This document shows positions 24,896 through 34,997 of a DNA stretch of 64,000 bases, in pieces (within the stretch, counting starts at the first letter, position 1; each line of letters opens with the position of its first letter). A model generated the notes under the pieces. The model was not told where the DNA came from. It saw only the letters and a program-made list of their open reading frames with translations, and searched no databases. The translations under genes were made by a program, and so were the position numbers. Source of the stretch: Candidatus Eiseniibacteriota bacterium (GTDB taxonomy: Bacteria > Eisenbacteria > RBG-16-71-46 > DASYSL01); NCBI GenBank assembly GCA_031431875.1, contig JANPEF010000028.1, positions 1 to 64,000 of the forward strand. The letters run 5' to 3'.

Positions 24896-26464
24896 ATGTC
24901 GATCGATCGTTCCCCGTTGGGCCCGGCCCGCATCTGGGCAGGGGCCGCCGTCTTCGTGACCTGCGGACTGGTGCTCGGGCTCGCACTCGCCGGTACGCTC
25001 CATCTCTCTCCCGAGTCCGTCGCCCAGGGCGTGGTCGAGCCGGCGTACCAGAATGCCGCAACGATGGCGCCGTTGCCCGGAATGGAGAGCCCATTCGTCG
25101 CCGTCGTCGAGCGCGCCGCGCCCGCCGTCGTGAGCATCGAGGCCCGCCGCAAGGTCGGGGCTGCGGGGAACTCGTCGGACATGGAAGAGATGTACCGCCG
25201 CTGGTTCGGCCAGCCGCCGGGCGGCAACGGCGGCGGCACCAACGAGCGTCGCCAGCAGCAGTACACCCCGTCCTCGGGCTCGGGCTTTCTCATCGACCCC
25301 GACGGTCGCATCCTGACCAACAACCACGTGGTTCGCGATGCCTCCGAGATCACGGTCACGCTGTCCGACAAGCGCACGTTCAAGGCCCGGATCATCGGCC
25401 AGGATCCGGCGACCGACGTCGCCGTGATCCAGATCAACGCTTCGGCCCCGCTGCCCGCGCTACCGCTGGGCAACTCGGACGGCATCAAGGTCGGCGAGTG
25501 GGTGCTGGCCATCGGCAATCCACTCGGTGAACTGCAGGGCTCGGTCACCGCGGGCATCGTCAGCGCGCGCGGTCGCTCGGCGCTCAACATCGCCGGTGGC
25601 GCGCCCGACTACCAGGACTTCATCCAGACCGACGCGTCGATCAACTTCGGCAACTCGGGCGGCCCGCTGGTCAATCTGCGCGGCGAGGCCATCGGCATCA
25701 ACACGGCGATCAACGCGCAGGGGCAGGGGATCGGCTTCGCCATCCCGATCAACCTGGCGCGGCACATCGCCGAGCAGCTGGTGGCCAACGGCAAGGTGGT
25801 CCGCGGGTTCCTCGGCGTCGTGCCGACCGAGCTCACGCCCGACCTCGCCGAGACCTACGGACTCAAGGCCGACGCGGGCGTGGTGGTCAACGAGGTCTCC
25901 GACGACTCGCCCGCGAGCCGCGCGGGCATCAAGCCCGGCGACATCATCACGTCGTTCGACCAGGCGCGGGTCCGGGACGTGACCGCGTTTCGCCTCAAGG
26001 TGGCCGACACGCCGGTCGAGAAGAAGGTCGGTGTGGCGCTGCTGCGCGACGGCAAGCCGCTGAACGTCAGCGTCACGCTCGCCAACCGCGAGGTCATGCT
26101 CGCCCAGGCGACCGGGCGATCCCGTCCGGTCCCGGGCGGCGCGCCCGAAGAAGTGGCCCCCGCGGATCTGGGCATGAGCGTGCGCGCGCTCAACGACCAG
26201 GAACACGAGGTGCTCGCCGAGAACATCAACGGCGTGGTCGTGAGCGAGGTCGAGCCCGGTGGGGCGGCAGCGACGGCGGGCATCGAGGAGGGCGACCTGA
26301 TCCTCGAGGCCGGCGGCAACGCGACCACCTCCCCGGCGGCGCTGGGCGCGGCGGTCAAGGCGGCGAGGGCGAGCGGGCGGCCGTTGCGCCTGCGGGTCGC
26401 CAGCGTCGACTGGAGCAGCGGCCGCATGGGCACCCGCTACGTCCCCCTGAAGCTCAAGGATTAG
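24896..26464 (+). CDS. degQ: HtrA/DegQ serine protease with two PDZ domains
   Basis: GSGF, TNNHVV, QTDASINFGNSGGPL, two PDZ domains. Confidence 0.93.
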   Translation: MSIDRSPLGPARIWAGAAVFVTCGLVLGLALAGTLHLSPESVAQGVVEPAYQNAATMAPLPGMESPFVAVVERAAPAVVSIEARRKVGAAGNSSDMEEMYRRWFGQPPGGNGGGTNERRQQQYTPSSGSGFLIDPDGRILTNNHVVRDASEITVTLSDKRTFKARIIGQDPATDVAVIQINASAPLPALPLGNSDGIKVGEWVLAIGNPLGELQGSVTAGIVSARGRSALNIAGGAPDYQDFIQTDASINFGNSGGPLVNLRGEAIGINTAINAQGQGIGFAIPINLARHIAEQLVANGKVVRGFLGVVPTELTPDLAETYGLKADAGVVVNEVSDDSPASRAGIKPGDIITSFDQARVRDVTAFRLKVADTPVEKKVGVALLRDGKPLNVSVTLANREVMLAQATGRSRPVPGGAPEEVAPADLGMSVRALNDQEHEVLAENINGVVVSEVEPGGAAATAGIEEGDLILEAGGNATTSPAALGAAVKAARASGRPLRLRVASVDWSSGRMGTRYVPLKLKD

Positions 26465-26467
26465 CGG

Positions 26468-27724
26468 TTGCGCCCTTTCGATCGCACGCGAGCGTGGGCC
26501 CTCGGGTTCGCGCTCGCGTTCGTCGTCGCGGGAGGAGTGACCGCCGATGTGGTCGCCCCGCGCGACGCCGACGCGGCGACCCGGAAGAAGAAGTCGAGCA
26601 GCAAGAAGACACCGGCCAAGCCGGTCACGCCCGTCGCGCAGAGCATGCGCAGCTACGCTGGCCCCGACGCCACGCGCCTGGTGCTCGACCTGAGCGCCTC
26701 GGCCACCTACCGGCTCGTCACCAGCGACTCCGCGGCGTCGCGTTTCGATGTCGTGATCGACCGCGCCGTGCGGTCGCCCGCGCTCGAGATGCCCGCGCTG
26801 GGCCCCGGCGCCGTGCGCGCCGTGTCGGTCGAGGAGGATCCGGCCGGGCTGCGCCTGCGCGTCGAGCTGGAGGAGTGGGTGCGGCCGCGCATCTTCGGCC
26901 TCGTGGGCGAGACGGGGACCGCGCCGCGCGTGGTCATCGACATCGATCGTCCCGGCCAGGCCGGGCGCGATGCGGCCGAGCGCGAGCGCGTGGCGAAGGT
27001 CACGGCCAGCGGGCAGCGCATCATCATCGTCGACCCGGGCCACGGCGGCGAGGCCGTGGGCGCGGTGGGGCCCAAGCGCACCTACGAGAAGACGATCGCG
27101 CTCGCCATCGCCCGCATGGTCGAGGAAGAGCTGGAGAAGAACGCGGGGATCTCGGTCGTCCTCACCCGCACGGCCGACTACGACGTGCCGCTGCGCGATC
27201 GCTATCGCGTGGCCGAGCGCTACCAGGCGGACGCCTTCGTCTCGATCCACATGAACTCGGCTCGCGGGCGCAACGGCAACGGCATCGAGGTCTACTTCCT
27301 GTCGCTGGCCAGCGCCAGCGACGAGGCGTCGAAGAACCTGGCCGACCTCGAGAACGCCGCCGACAAGATCTCGGCGGGGCCCGCCGAGCGCGGGGACGAC
27401 GACCTGGTCGGCATCCTCTTCGACCTCAAGCAGACCGAGGTCATCCAGCAGTCGTCGCTGCTCGCCGAATCCGTGCTCACGCAGATCGAGGACGGGCGCA
27501 ACACGACGTCGCGGGGGATCAAGCAGGCGCCCTTCGCGGTGCTCAAGTCGCCGGTCGTGCCGTCGATCCTGGTCGAGTGTGCATTCATCAACAATCCGGC
27601 CGAGGAGCGCCTGCTGCGCGACCCCCAGTTCCAGCGCGACATGGCACGCATGATCGCCCGCGGCGTCACCACCTACCTGGCCAAGGCGCCGCCGGTCGTG
27701 CGCGGGCGGACTTCCGCCAACTAG
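26468..27724 (+). CDS. N-acetylmuramoyl-L-alanine amidase (AMIN + Amidase_3, AmiC-like)
   Basis: TRLVLDL AMIN motif, VDPGHGG, FVSIHMN, SILVECAFINN. Confidence 0.93.
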   Translation: MRPFDRTRAWALGFALAFVVAGGVTADVVAPRDADAATRKKKSSSKKTPAKPVTPVAQSMRSYAGPDATRLVLDLSASATYRLVTSDSAASRFDVVIDRAVRSPALEMPALGPGAVRAVSVEEDPAGLRLRVELEEWVRPRIFGLVGETGTAPRVVIDIDRPGQAGRDAAERERVAKVTASGQRIIIVDPGHGGEAVGAVGPKRTYEKTIALAIARMVEEELEKNAGISVVLTRTADYDVPLRDRYRVAERYQADAFVSIHMNSARGRNGNGIEVYFLSLASASDEASKNLADLENAADKISAGPAERGDDDLVGILFDLKQTEVIQQSSLLAESVLTQIEDGRNTTSRGIKQAPFAVLKSPVVPSILVECAFINNPAEERLLRDPQFQRDMARMIARGVTTYLAKAPPVVRGRTSAN

Positions 27725-27790
27725 CAGGCTCCGTCCGAAAACTCCTCGTGGTACTCTCCGCCCGCCTGCGGCCGCGGGCGGGAGGACGCC

Positions 27791-28549
27791 TTGATCGAAG
27801 TCCGCAACCTGTTCAAGCACTATGGATCGTTCGTCGCCGTCGACGACCTGTCGTTTGCCGTCGCGCCTGGCGAGATCGTCGGCCTGGTCGGCCCCAACGG
27901 CGCGGGCAAGACCACGACGTTGCGCTGTCTCGTCGGCATCCTCCGGCCCACGTCGGGGGCGGTGCTGGTCGCCGGGCATGACCTGAGCAGGGATCCGGTC
28001 GAGGCCAAGCGACGGCTCGCGTGGATGCCCGACGAGCCCCACCTGTTCGATTACCTGACCGTCCGCGAGCACCTGGAGTTGACGGCGCGCCTGTACAACG
28101 TCGAGGGTGCCGAGGGCCGGGGCCGCGCGCTGCTCGAGGAACTCGAGTTGGCGGACAAGGCGGGCGCGCTGCCGGGCGAGCTGTCGCGCGGCATGAAGCA
28201 GAAGCTCGCCATCGCCTGTGGTCTGCTGCACGAACCGGAGGCGATGCTGTTCGACGAACCGCTGACCGGGCTCGATCCGTACGGCATCCGCCGCATGAAG
28301 CGAACGATCCTCGAGCGCAAGAGCCGCGGGGCCGCGATCGTGGTGTCGTCGCACCTGCTGCACCTGGTCGAGGAGATCGCCGACCGCGTTCTGATCCTGC
28401 AGAACGGGAAGCGCATCGCGCTCGGCTCGCTGGCCGAGATCCGCGCCGCCGCCCCGGGCCTGGCCCAGGATGCGACGCTCGAGGAGATCTTCCTCACCGT
28501 CACCGGCCGCGGTGGCGACGATCCGGACGGGGCGCCCTTCTCGCGATGA
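27791..28549 (+). CDS. ABC transporter ATP-binding protein
   Basis: GPNGAGKTT, LSRGMKQK, FDEP, SSH. Confidence 0.95.
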   Translation: MIEVRNLFKHYGSFVAVDDLSFAVAPGEIVGLVGPNGAGKTTTLRCLVGILRPTSGAVLVAGHDLSRDPVEAKRRLAWMPDEPHLFDYLTVREHLELTARLYNVEGAEGRGRALLEELELADKAGALPGELSRGMKQKLAIACGLLHEPEAMLFDEPLTGLDPYGIRRMKRTILERKSRGAAIVVSSHLLHLVEEIADRVLILQNGKRIALGSLAEIRAAAPGLAQDATLEEIFLTVTGRGGDDPDGAPFSR

Positions 28550-30384
28550 GCGACGTCTTCGGCGTCTTCCGCTTCCTCACCATCCGTACGACGAAGAACA
28601 AGGTCCTGCGGCAACTACGCCGCCTGCGCGAGCCGCGTTACCTCGTGCCCACCGCGGTGAGCCTGCTGTGGATCGGGTTCTGGATGTCGAACGTGCTGCG
28701 CACGGGCATGCGCGGCCGCCCGAGCGGGCAGTGGAACAAGGTCCTGGGCCCCGAGGTGATCGACGGGTTCGCGCTGGCCGGCGGCGTCGTCCTGCTGGTG
28801 TGGACGGCCTTGTTGTGGCTTCTCCCATCGAAGGGAGCGGTGCTCGAGTTCACCCGCGCCGAGATCCACTACCTGTTTCCGGCGCCGGTGACGCGGCGTC
28901 AGGTCGTCCACTACAAGCTGCTGAGCGCCCAACTCGGCATCCTGTTCGGCGCTTTCATCACGTCGTTCTTCTGGGGCCGCGGGCTCACCTCCGTCGCCGG
29001 CTGGGGTCGTCTGCTCGGCATCTGGCTGCTGTACGCGACGCTGCACCTGCACACCATGGGCGCCGGATTCGCGACCGCCGAGTTCATCGCGCAGGGTGTC
29101 TCGGGACTGCGGCGGCGGATCGTGCCGCTGCTCGCCTTCGCGGCGTTCGCGACCGCCGCGGTCCTCGGCGTGCTCGCGGGCTGGCCGGCGATCGTGGCGG
29201 CGGCCCGCGGCCTCACCGGCGACGACGACAAGGTGACGCGCGAGGGAATCGCCGCGTTCGTCGCGGCGGTCGGCAAGGTGGGGACGACGGGCGTGCTGGG
29301 CGTGGCGCTGTGGCCGTTCACGGTGTTCCCGCGGCTCATCCTGGCGCAGAACGTGGGCGACTTCGTGCGCTGGTTGCCGCCCGCCTTCGCGATCCTGCTT
29401 GCCAACTACCTGTGGGTGATCCGTTCCGACGCGGCGTTCGAGGAAGCGGCGGTCGACGCCGCCCAGAAGCGCGCCGAGCGCGTGTCCGCGCGGCAACAGG
29501 CGTCGCGCCGGGGCGGTGTCCTGCCCACGAAGGTGCGTTCGTTCCCGTGGCGCCTGTCGCCGCACGGCCGGCCGGGCATCGCGCTCCTGTGGAAGAACCT
29601 CGTCTCGCTGGCCCGCGTCACTCCCGTGCGCGCGTTGATCGGACTCGGAGCGTTCCTCTTCGGGATGGTGGGCCTGGTCGCGGGATTGAACGACGCGGGA
29701 GCGCCGTTCGGCCTGATTGCGGCGTTTCTCGCCGCGCTGATCGCGGCATTCACCGCGATGTTCGGGCCGCTGTTCGTGCGCAACGACCTGCGCGAGGACC
29801 TGTTCCACATCGACGCGGTGAAGACGTTTCCGCTGTCGGGCCGGGCGATCGTGCGCGGCGAGCTGCTGGGGCCGTGGGTCGTGCTCACCGCGATCGAGCT
29901 GGCGGCCCTGGGGGCCGCGGCGATCGCCCTCGCCTGGGTGGGTTCCGCCGCCGTCGGTGCGCTCGGACTGGAGCGCATCCCGTCGGTGTCCTGGTGGTTC
30001 GCGGCCCTGCTGGGCGCGGCCCTGCTGCTGCCCGCGCTGACCGGCATCCAGCTCACCCTGCAGAACGGGCTCGTCCTGCTGTTCCCGGCGTGGGTCTCGC
30101 TCGCTCACTCCCGGGCTCGCGGCTTCGAGGCGTCGGGGCAGCGCATGCTCACGCTGTTCGGTTCGGTGATCGTGCTCGCGCTCTGCGCGCTGCCCGCGGC
30201 GGTCTCGGGTGCGGTGGCGATGTGGTTGCTCGCCGGACCGATGGGCGCGCCGGCGATCGTCATCGGTGCGGCGATCGCGGCCGGCTGGCTGGTGATCGAG
30301 GTGTGGTGGGCGACGCAGTTCCTCGGCCGCCTTCTCGATCGCCTCGACCCGTCGACGGCCGGGATCGAGGCGCCGGAGGGCTGA
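28546..30384 (+). CDS. Putative ABC exporter permease
   Basis: Multi-TM protein with FTRAEIHYLFPAPVTRRQVVHYKL motif; translationally coupled to the ATPase. Confidence 0.85.
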   Translation: MSDVFGVFRFLTIRTTKNKVLRQLRRLREPRYLVPTAVSLLWIGFWMSNVLRTGMRGRPSGQWNKVLGPEVIDGFALAGGVVLLVWTALLWLLPSKGAVLEFTRAEIHYLFPAPVTRRQVVHYKLLSAQLGILFGAFITSFFWGRGLTSVAGWGRLLGIWLLYATLHLHTMGAGFATAEFIAQGVSGLRRRIVPLLAFAAFATAAVLGVLAGWPAIVAAARGLTGDDDKVTREGIAAFVAAVGKVGTTGVLGVALWPFTVFPRLILAQNVGDFVRWLPPAFAILLANYLWVIRSDAAFEEAAVDAAQKRAERVSARQQASRRGGVLPTKVRSFPWRLSPHGRPGIALLWKNLVSLARVTPVRALIGLGAFLFGMVGLVAGLNDAGAPFGLIAAFLAALIAAFTAMFGPLFVRNDLREDLFHIDAVKTFPLSGRAIVRGELLGPWVVLTAIELAALGAAAIALAWVGSAAVGALGLERIPSVSWWFAALLGAALLLPALTGIQLTLQNGLVLLFPAWVSLAHSRARGFEASGQRMLTLFGSVIVLALCALPAAVSGAVAMWLLAGPMGAPAIVIGAAIAAGWLVIEVWWATQFLGRLLDRLDPSTAGIEAPEG

Positions 30385-30387
30385 GGT

Positions 30388-33300
30388 TCAGCGGTTCGCG
30401 TCCGCTGCCGCCGAGGTCCCCAGGTTCTTGATCCGGCGCCCGCCGGTCGGGCTCAGGTGCTCGCCCCTCGCCGTGCGCTTCTCGAGGTCCTTCTCCATCG
30501 CTTCGCGCACCAGGATCCCGGTCACCGTGAGGCCCTTGCCCTCGGCGAACATGGTGAAGCCGTCGCCGCCCTGCGCCATGAAGTCGTTTGCAGCCACGGC
30601 GTACGTGGCGGCCGGATCGACGGCGATGCCGGCCGCGGTCTTCAGGTCGCGCACCCGTTCGCCGCGTGGCTTCGCGGGATCGAACGCGAACGTCAACCCC
30701 GAGACCTGGATGCACGTCGTCGGCGAGACGCCCGTCTCCAGCACCGACTTCACCTGCGCGCCCGTCAGCTGCACGGTGGCGATACGGTTGTCGAACGGCA
30801 TGATGGCGTAGACCTCGCCGACCGTGACCGGCCCGGCGTCGAGCTCGGTGCGGATCCCGCCGGGGTTCTGGAATGCGAAGTCCGCGCCCGTCGCCTCGCG
30901 CATCGCGTCGGAGATCCAGTTGCCCAGCGCGGAGTCCTCGGCGCGGCTGCGTCCCATCGCCTGGTCGGCGGTGCCGAGGATGCGGCCGGTGATCGGCGCA
31001 ATCGCCGCGTTGGTCTGCTCGACGAACGCCAGCGTCGCCGGATCGGGGCGCACGTCGTCGGCGTACGTGGGGATCATGCGCGCGTGCGTCTCGGCGGGGA
31101 CGACAGCGCCCTTGCCGTCTTCGGCGCGGCGATCGACGACCACGTCGAGCCGGCCCAGGTACTGCCCGCTGGAGCCCGCGATCATCGCGGGGACCCCGCT
31201 CGCCTCGCCGAGGAGGCGGTTATGGCTGTGGCCGCCGAACACGGCCAGCTCGCCGGGCACGGCGCGCGCGACGTCGGCCAGCTCGCCGCTCACCTTTCCC
31301 GTCGAATCCTGGCGCCCTGGAATGTGGCCGATCACGACGTACAGGGCCGCACCCGCCGCACGCACCGAGTCGACGAGCGAGGCTGCGGTCTTCCCGGCGT
31401 CCTTGAACTCGAAGTCCTTGACGTGCTGCGGCATCGTCGTCTGCGGCGTATCCTCGGTGCACAGGCCGAGAATGCCCACGGAGAGGCCGCGTCGCGTCTC
31501 GATCGTCCACGGCGCGATGCCGGCCATCCGCTTGCCGGTCGCGCGATCGAACCAGTTCGCGCCGAGCGGCGTGAAGTGTGCACCGGCCATGCGGGCGCGC
31601 AGCGTGTCGACGCTCCAGTCGAACTCGTGGTTGCCGATCGCGGCCGCGTCGACGCCGAGCCGGTTCATCAGGTCGATCACCGGGCGCCCGAAGCGCAGGT
31701 TCGAGATCGCCGTGCCCTGCATCCAGTCGCCGCCGTCGGTGAGGATCGTGCCCTGCGGGTTGAGCGCGCGCTCGCGCGCCACGTAGGCGGCCAACACGGC
31801 CGCGCCGCCCCACGGCTTCTGCGACGAGCGCTCGGTGGCGCCGGGCAGGAGCGCGCCGTGGAAGTCGGTCATGTGCAGGAAGGTCAGGCGCGGGAACACC
31901 GCGTCGGCGAGCACCGCGGCACCCTCGGCGACGGTGAGCGGACGATCGGCGGCGCGGCCATCGGCGAGCCCGAACGGATCGTCGGCGGCCGTGGCACGGC
32001 CGCGCTGGGTCGCGGGCAGCGCGTTCGCGCTCCACTCGATCGCGCGCGACAGCGGCACCGTCGCCGTCGGGTCGAGCTTCACCGGCGACAGCTTCTGCTT
32101 CTTGCGCGCGGACTCGCCGGCGGGACCCAGGGGCTCGGGCACGCCAAGCATGCGTACCCAGTCGGCGAGGCGACGGTGGGTGAGCGGCGCATCGAGGCGA
32201 TAGGTCAGCGCGCTGTCCGGCGGGATGACGCCGCGCCGCACCAGGCGCTCGATCGGCTCGCGCGCGGGCGAGCCGACCCACTCGGGGGCGAGGCGCCAGT
32301 TGCCGTCGGTGCGGCGCCGGATCGTGCCCTGCTCGCGCATGTAGGCGACAACGGCGCTGCGCGCGGGAACGCGCCGGGTGGAGACCTCGCGGCCGTTCTT
32401 CAGCATCGTGTAGCCGCCGCCGCCGTTCACCCGGTAGTTGTTCACGGCCACCTTGATCATGCGATCGGGCGCCAGCAGCGCCCCGTCGAGTCGCAGGTCG
32501 CGCACGCGTTCGCCGGCGGGGCGCGACAGGTCGAGCGTGTAGGTCAGTCCCTCGACCGTGTCGAAGTTGTAGCCCTGGATGTCCGGGTTCACCGCCGGAC
32601 CGGGCGTTCGCCCGAAGTCGTAGGGCATGTAATAGCGCGAGGAGTGCTCGAGCGCGGCCTTCATGTCCGCGCCCGAGAGCTCGATCGCGGCCAGAGTGTT
32701 CTCGTACGGGTAGATCGCGAACACGTCGCGGACGGTCACCGGCCCCGGCGTGATGCGCGCCCGCGGATTGAACATCGCCGACAGCGACACGTCGGCGCCG
32801 GTCGCTTTGAGCTGTGCGCGGTCGACGATCTCGTGCAGAGCGTTGTCGCGGATGCGTGCGTCGCCGCCGTCGAGCGTGTCGGCTGCCTGGGCGATGATCG
32901 TCGACAGGTACGCCTCGGTCGCGTCGTGGTACGGCTTCGCGATGGCCTCGATCGCGGGGTCGCTGGCGACCGTCTCGTCGACGTCGTAGACGCGACCCTT
33001 GCGGTCGGTGAGCTTGTAGCGCCCGTTCGGCTGGCGGTCGAACGTCAGGTCGAGGCGTCCCAGCCCGTCGGCCCAGCGCCCGGACTGGGTGAGCAGCACG
33101 CCATTCTCGATCCGCGACTCGATGCGCACGTGGGTGTGGCCCATGATGATCGCATCGACGCCCGGCACGCCGCGGGCGATGGCGAGCACGCGGTTCTCGT
33201 TCGGCATCTGGTTCGGCCTGGGCCGCCCGTTCGCGTCCTCCTCGAGTCCCATGTGGCAGACGACGATGATCGCATCACAGCGCTCGCGCTCGCGCATGAT

Positions 33301-34026
33301 CGGCACCATGCGCTTGGCGGTCGCGAGCGGGTCCTCGAAGGTGAGGCCGGCCCAGTTCGGCGGATCGTCCCAGTGGGGCACGCCCGGCGTGGTGAGGCCC
33401 AGGATGCCCACGCGCACGCCGTCGATCACCTTCACCAGGTACGACTGGTACTCGGCGGCGCCGGGCGTGTCGGTCTTGAGCGTGTTCGCCGAGAGCCAGG
33501 GAAACTTCGCCTCGGAGTGCGCCTTGCGCAGCACCTCGAGGCCGAAGTTGTACTCGTGGTTGCCGACGGTGAACGCCTCGTAGCCCATCGCGTTCATGCA
33601 CGACATCTGGGGATCGGGGCGGCCGCCGGTGCCGGGCACGCCGTCGTCGGCGCCGACCGCGTGCACGTAGGGCAGCGGCGTGCCCTGGATGCAGTCGCCC
33701 GCGTCGACCAGCATCGAGCGCGGGGTCTCGGCGCGCACCTGTTTCACCAGCGTCGCGATCTTCGACAGGCCGAGATCCGGATCCGCCTTCCCGGTGTCGT
33801 AATTCCACGGCAGGAGGTGGCCGTGCAGGTCGGTCGTGTGGAGGACCGCGATCTCGACCTTCGCCGGTCCCTTCGCCGCCGCGGCGGGCTTCGCCTTCGC
33901 GCGGGACTTCTTCTTCGCCGCGGCGTCGGCGTCGTCGGGCCCGGTCCCCAGCGTGGTGAGGAGGGTCAGCGCGACCAGGGCGATGCCGAACTGGGACCAG
34001 CGAAGCGGGCGCGGACGGGCCGTCAC
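30388..34026 (-). CDS. Secreted tandem 2',3'-cyclic phosphodiesterase/3'-nucleotidase plus 5'-nucleotidase (YfkN-like)
   Basis: Two metallophosphoesterase + 5'-nucleotidase C-terminal modules (HTTDLHG/GNHEYN/GHTH and HMTDFHG/GNHEFD/GHSH). Confidence 0.92.
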   Translation of the reverse strand: MTARPRPLRWSQFGIALVALTLLTTLGTGPDDADAAAKKKSRAKAKPAAAAKGPAKVEIAVLHTTDLHGHLLPWNYDTGKADPDLGLSKIATLVKQVRAETPRSMLVDAGDCIQGTPLPYVHAVGADDGVPGTGGRPDPQMSCMNAMGYEAFTVGNHEYNFGLEVLRKAHSEAKFPWLSANTLKTDTPGAAEYQSYLVKVIDGVRVGILGLTTPGVPHWDDPPNWAGLTFEDPLATAKRMVPIMRERERCDAIIVVCHMGLEEDANGRPRPNQMPNENRVLAIARGVPGVDAIIMGHTHVRIESRIENGVLLTQSGRWADGLGRLDLTFDRQPNGRYKLTDRKGRVYDVDETVASDPAIEAIAKPYHDATEAYLSTIIAQAADTLDGGDARIRDNALHEIVDRAQLKATGADVSLSAMFNPRARITPGPVTVRDVFAIYPYENTLAAIELSGADMKAALEHSSRYYMPYDFGRTPGPAVNPDIQGYNFDTVEGLTYTLDLSRPAGERVRDLRLDGALLAPDRMIKVAVNNYRVNGGGGYTMLKNGREVSTRRVPARSAVVAYMREQGTIRRRTDGNWRLAPEWVGSPAREPIERLVRRGVIPPDSALTYRLDAPLTHRRLADWVRMLGVPEPLGPAGESARKKQKLSPVKLDPTATVPLSRAIEWSANALPATQRGRATAADDPFGLADGRAADRPLTVAEGAAVLADAVFPRLTFLHMTDFHGALLPGATERSSQKPWGGAAVLAAYVARERALNPQGTILTDGGDWMQGTAISNLRFGRPVIDLMNRLGVDAAAIGNHEFDWSVDTLRARMAGAHFTPLGANWFDRATGKRMAGIAPWTIETRRGLSVGILGLCTEDTPQTTMPQHVKDFEFKDAGKTAASLVDSVRAAGAALYVVIGHIPGRQDSTGKVSGELADVARAVPGELAVFGGHSHNRLLGEASGVPAMIAGSSGQYLGRLDVVVDRRAEDGKGAVVPAETHARMIPTYADDVRPDPATLAFVEQTNAAIAPITGRILGTADQAMGRSRAEDSALGNWISDAMREATGADFAFQNPGGIRTELDAGPVTVGEVYAIMPFDNRIATVQLTGAQVKSVLETGVSPTTCIQVSGLTFAFDPAKPRGERVRDLKTAAGIAVDPAATYAVAANDFMAQGGDGFTMFAEGKGLTVTGILVREAMEKDLEKRTARGEHLSPTGGRRIKNLGTSAAADANR

Positions 34027-34191
34027 GGGACCTCCGAATGGAGCGGGGGCGGGCAGGAAGGGTGGAAGGCTGGAGCGTAGGCGGCGCCGTGGGAGGCCGT
34101 CAAGTCTCGCCCCGGGTGTCGCTTGCGAGCGGCGGCAACGACCGGACGGGTCAAGCCCGCGTCAATCCTGCCGATGCCCTGGGGCAAGCGG

Positions 34192-34221
34192 TTGACCCCG
34201 GGGCACGACTCGCCCTACGCT
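34192..34221 (+). promoter_or_regulatory. sigma70-type promoter of the HMA-domain gene
   Basis: TTGACC-N18-TACGCT. Confidence 0.45.
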
Positions 34222-34326
34222 CACCTCGCAGTTGGTCAGACCCGGCCTTCCCCCGCGGGACCACGCCACGAGGGAAGGCCCACCCAAAGGACACCCCGCG
34301 CCCATCGGCGCGGACGGAGGTGCGAC

Positions 34327-34911
34327 GTGATTTCGAACCGGATCAAGTTCCTCGCGGTCGGTATCGCCCTGGTCGGCGCCAGCTCGCTCGCCTACGCGTG
34401 CGACGGTGCCAAGGCCTCGACCAAGAGCACCTCGGCCTCGCAGGTCTCGAGCGAAGGTGCGGGCTGCGCCTCGAAGGCGAGCGCCAAGATGGCGAGCGCC
34501 GATGGATGCTGCGCCAAGGGTGCCAAGGCGTCGGCCACCATGGCCTCGGCGGCCGGCGACCACTGCGCCGCGGGCTCGAAGTCGGCGATGGCGCTGGCGT
34601 ACGGCAAGAACACCGTCACGTCGGCCGGCACTTGCCCCGCGAAGAACGAAGCGGACTACTCGTTCTACGTCGCCGGCGCCGAGTGCAAGGGCACCGGCTC
34701 GGCCGTGGCCCAGACCGTGAAGTCGGTCAAGGGCGTCGCGGCGGTCACCGTCGACTACGAGAACCACATGGTCTACGTCTGCGCCGACAGCAAGACGGCG
34801 AGCCAGAAGTCGATCGAGAAGTCGCTCAAGAGCGCCGGCTACGACGAGGTGAAGTTCGTCAACGCCTCGAAGAACAACTGCTCCAAGTCGCACGGCAAGG
34901 TCGAAGTCTAG
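34327..34911 (+). CDS. Exported Cys-rich protein with heavy-metal-associated (HMA)-like domain
   Basis: GGAGG Shine-Dalgarno, signal peptide, A/S/K/C-rich repeats, FYVAGAECKGT...VKGVAAVTVDYE...AGY HMA pattern. Confidence 0.75.
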   Translation: MISNRIKFLAVGIALVGASSLAYACDGAKASTKSTSASQVSSEGAGCASKASAKMASADGCCAKGAKASATMASAAGDHCAAGSKSAMALAYGKNTVTSAGTCPAKNEADYSFYVAGAECKGTGSAVAQTVKSVKGVAAVTVDYENHMVYVCADSKTASQKSIEKSLKSAGYDEVKFVNASKNNCSKSHGKVEV

Positions 34912-34997
34912 ACTCTCGGCTCGGCATCGGACACACTGCGGGGCGGGGGGGCGACCTCCCGCCCCGCAGTCCGTTTCCGGTCGAGCCTGGAGGTGGC

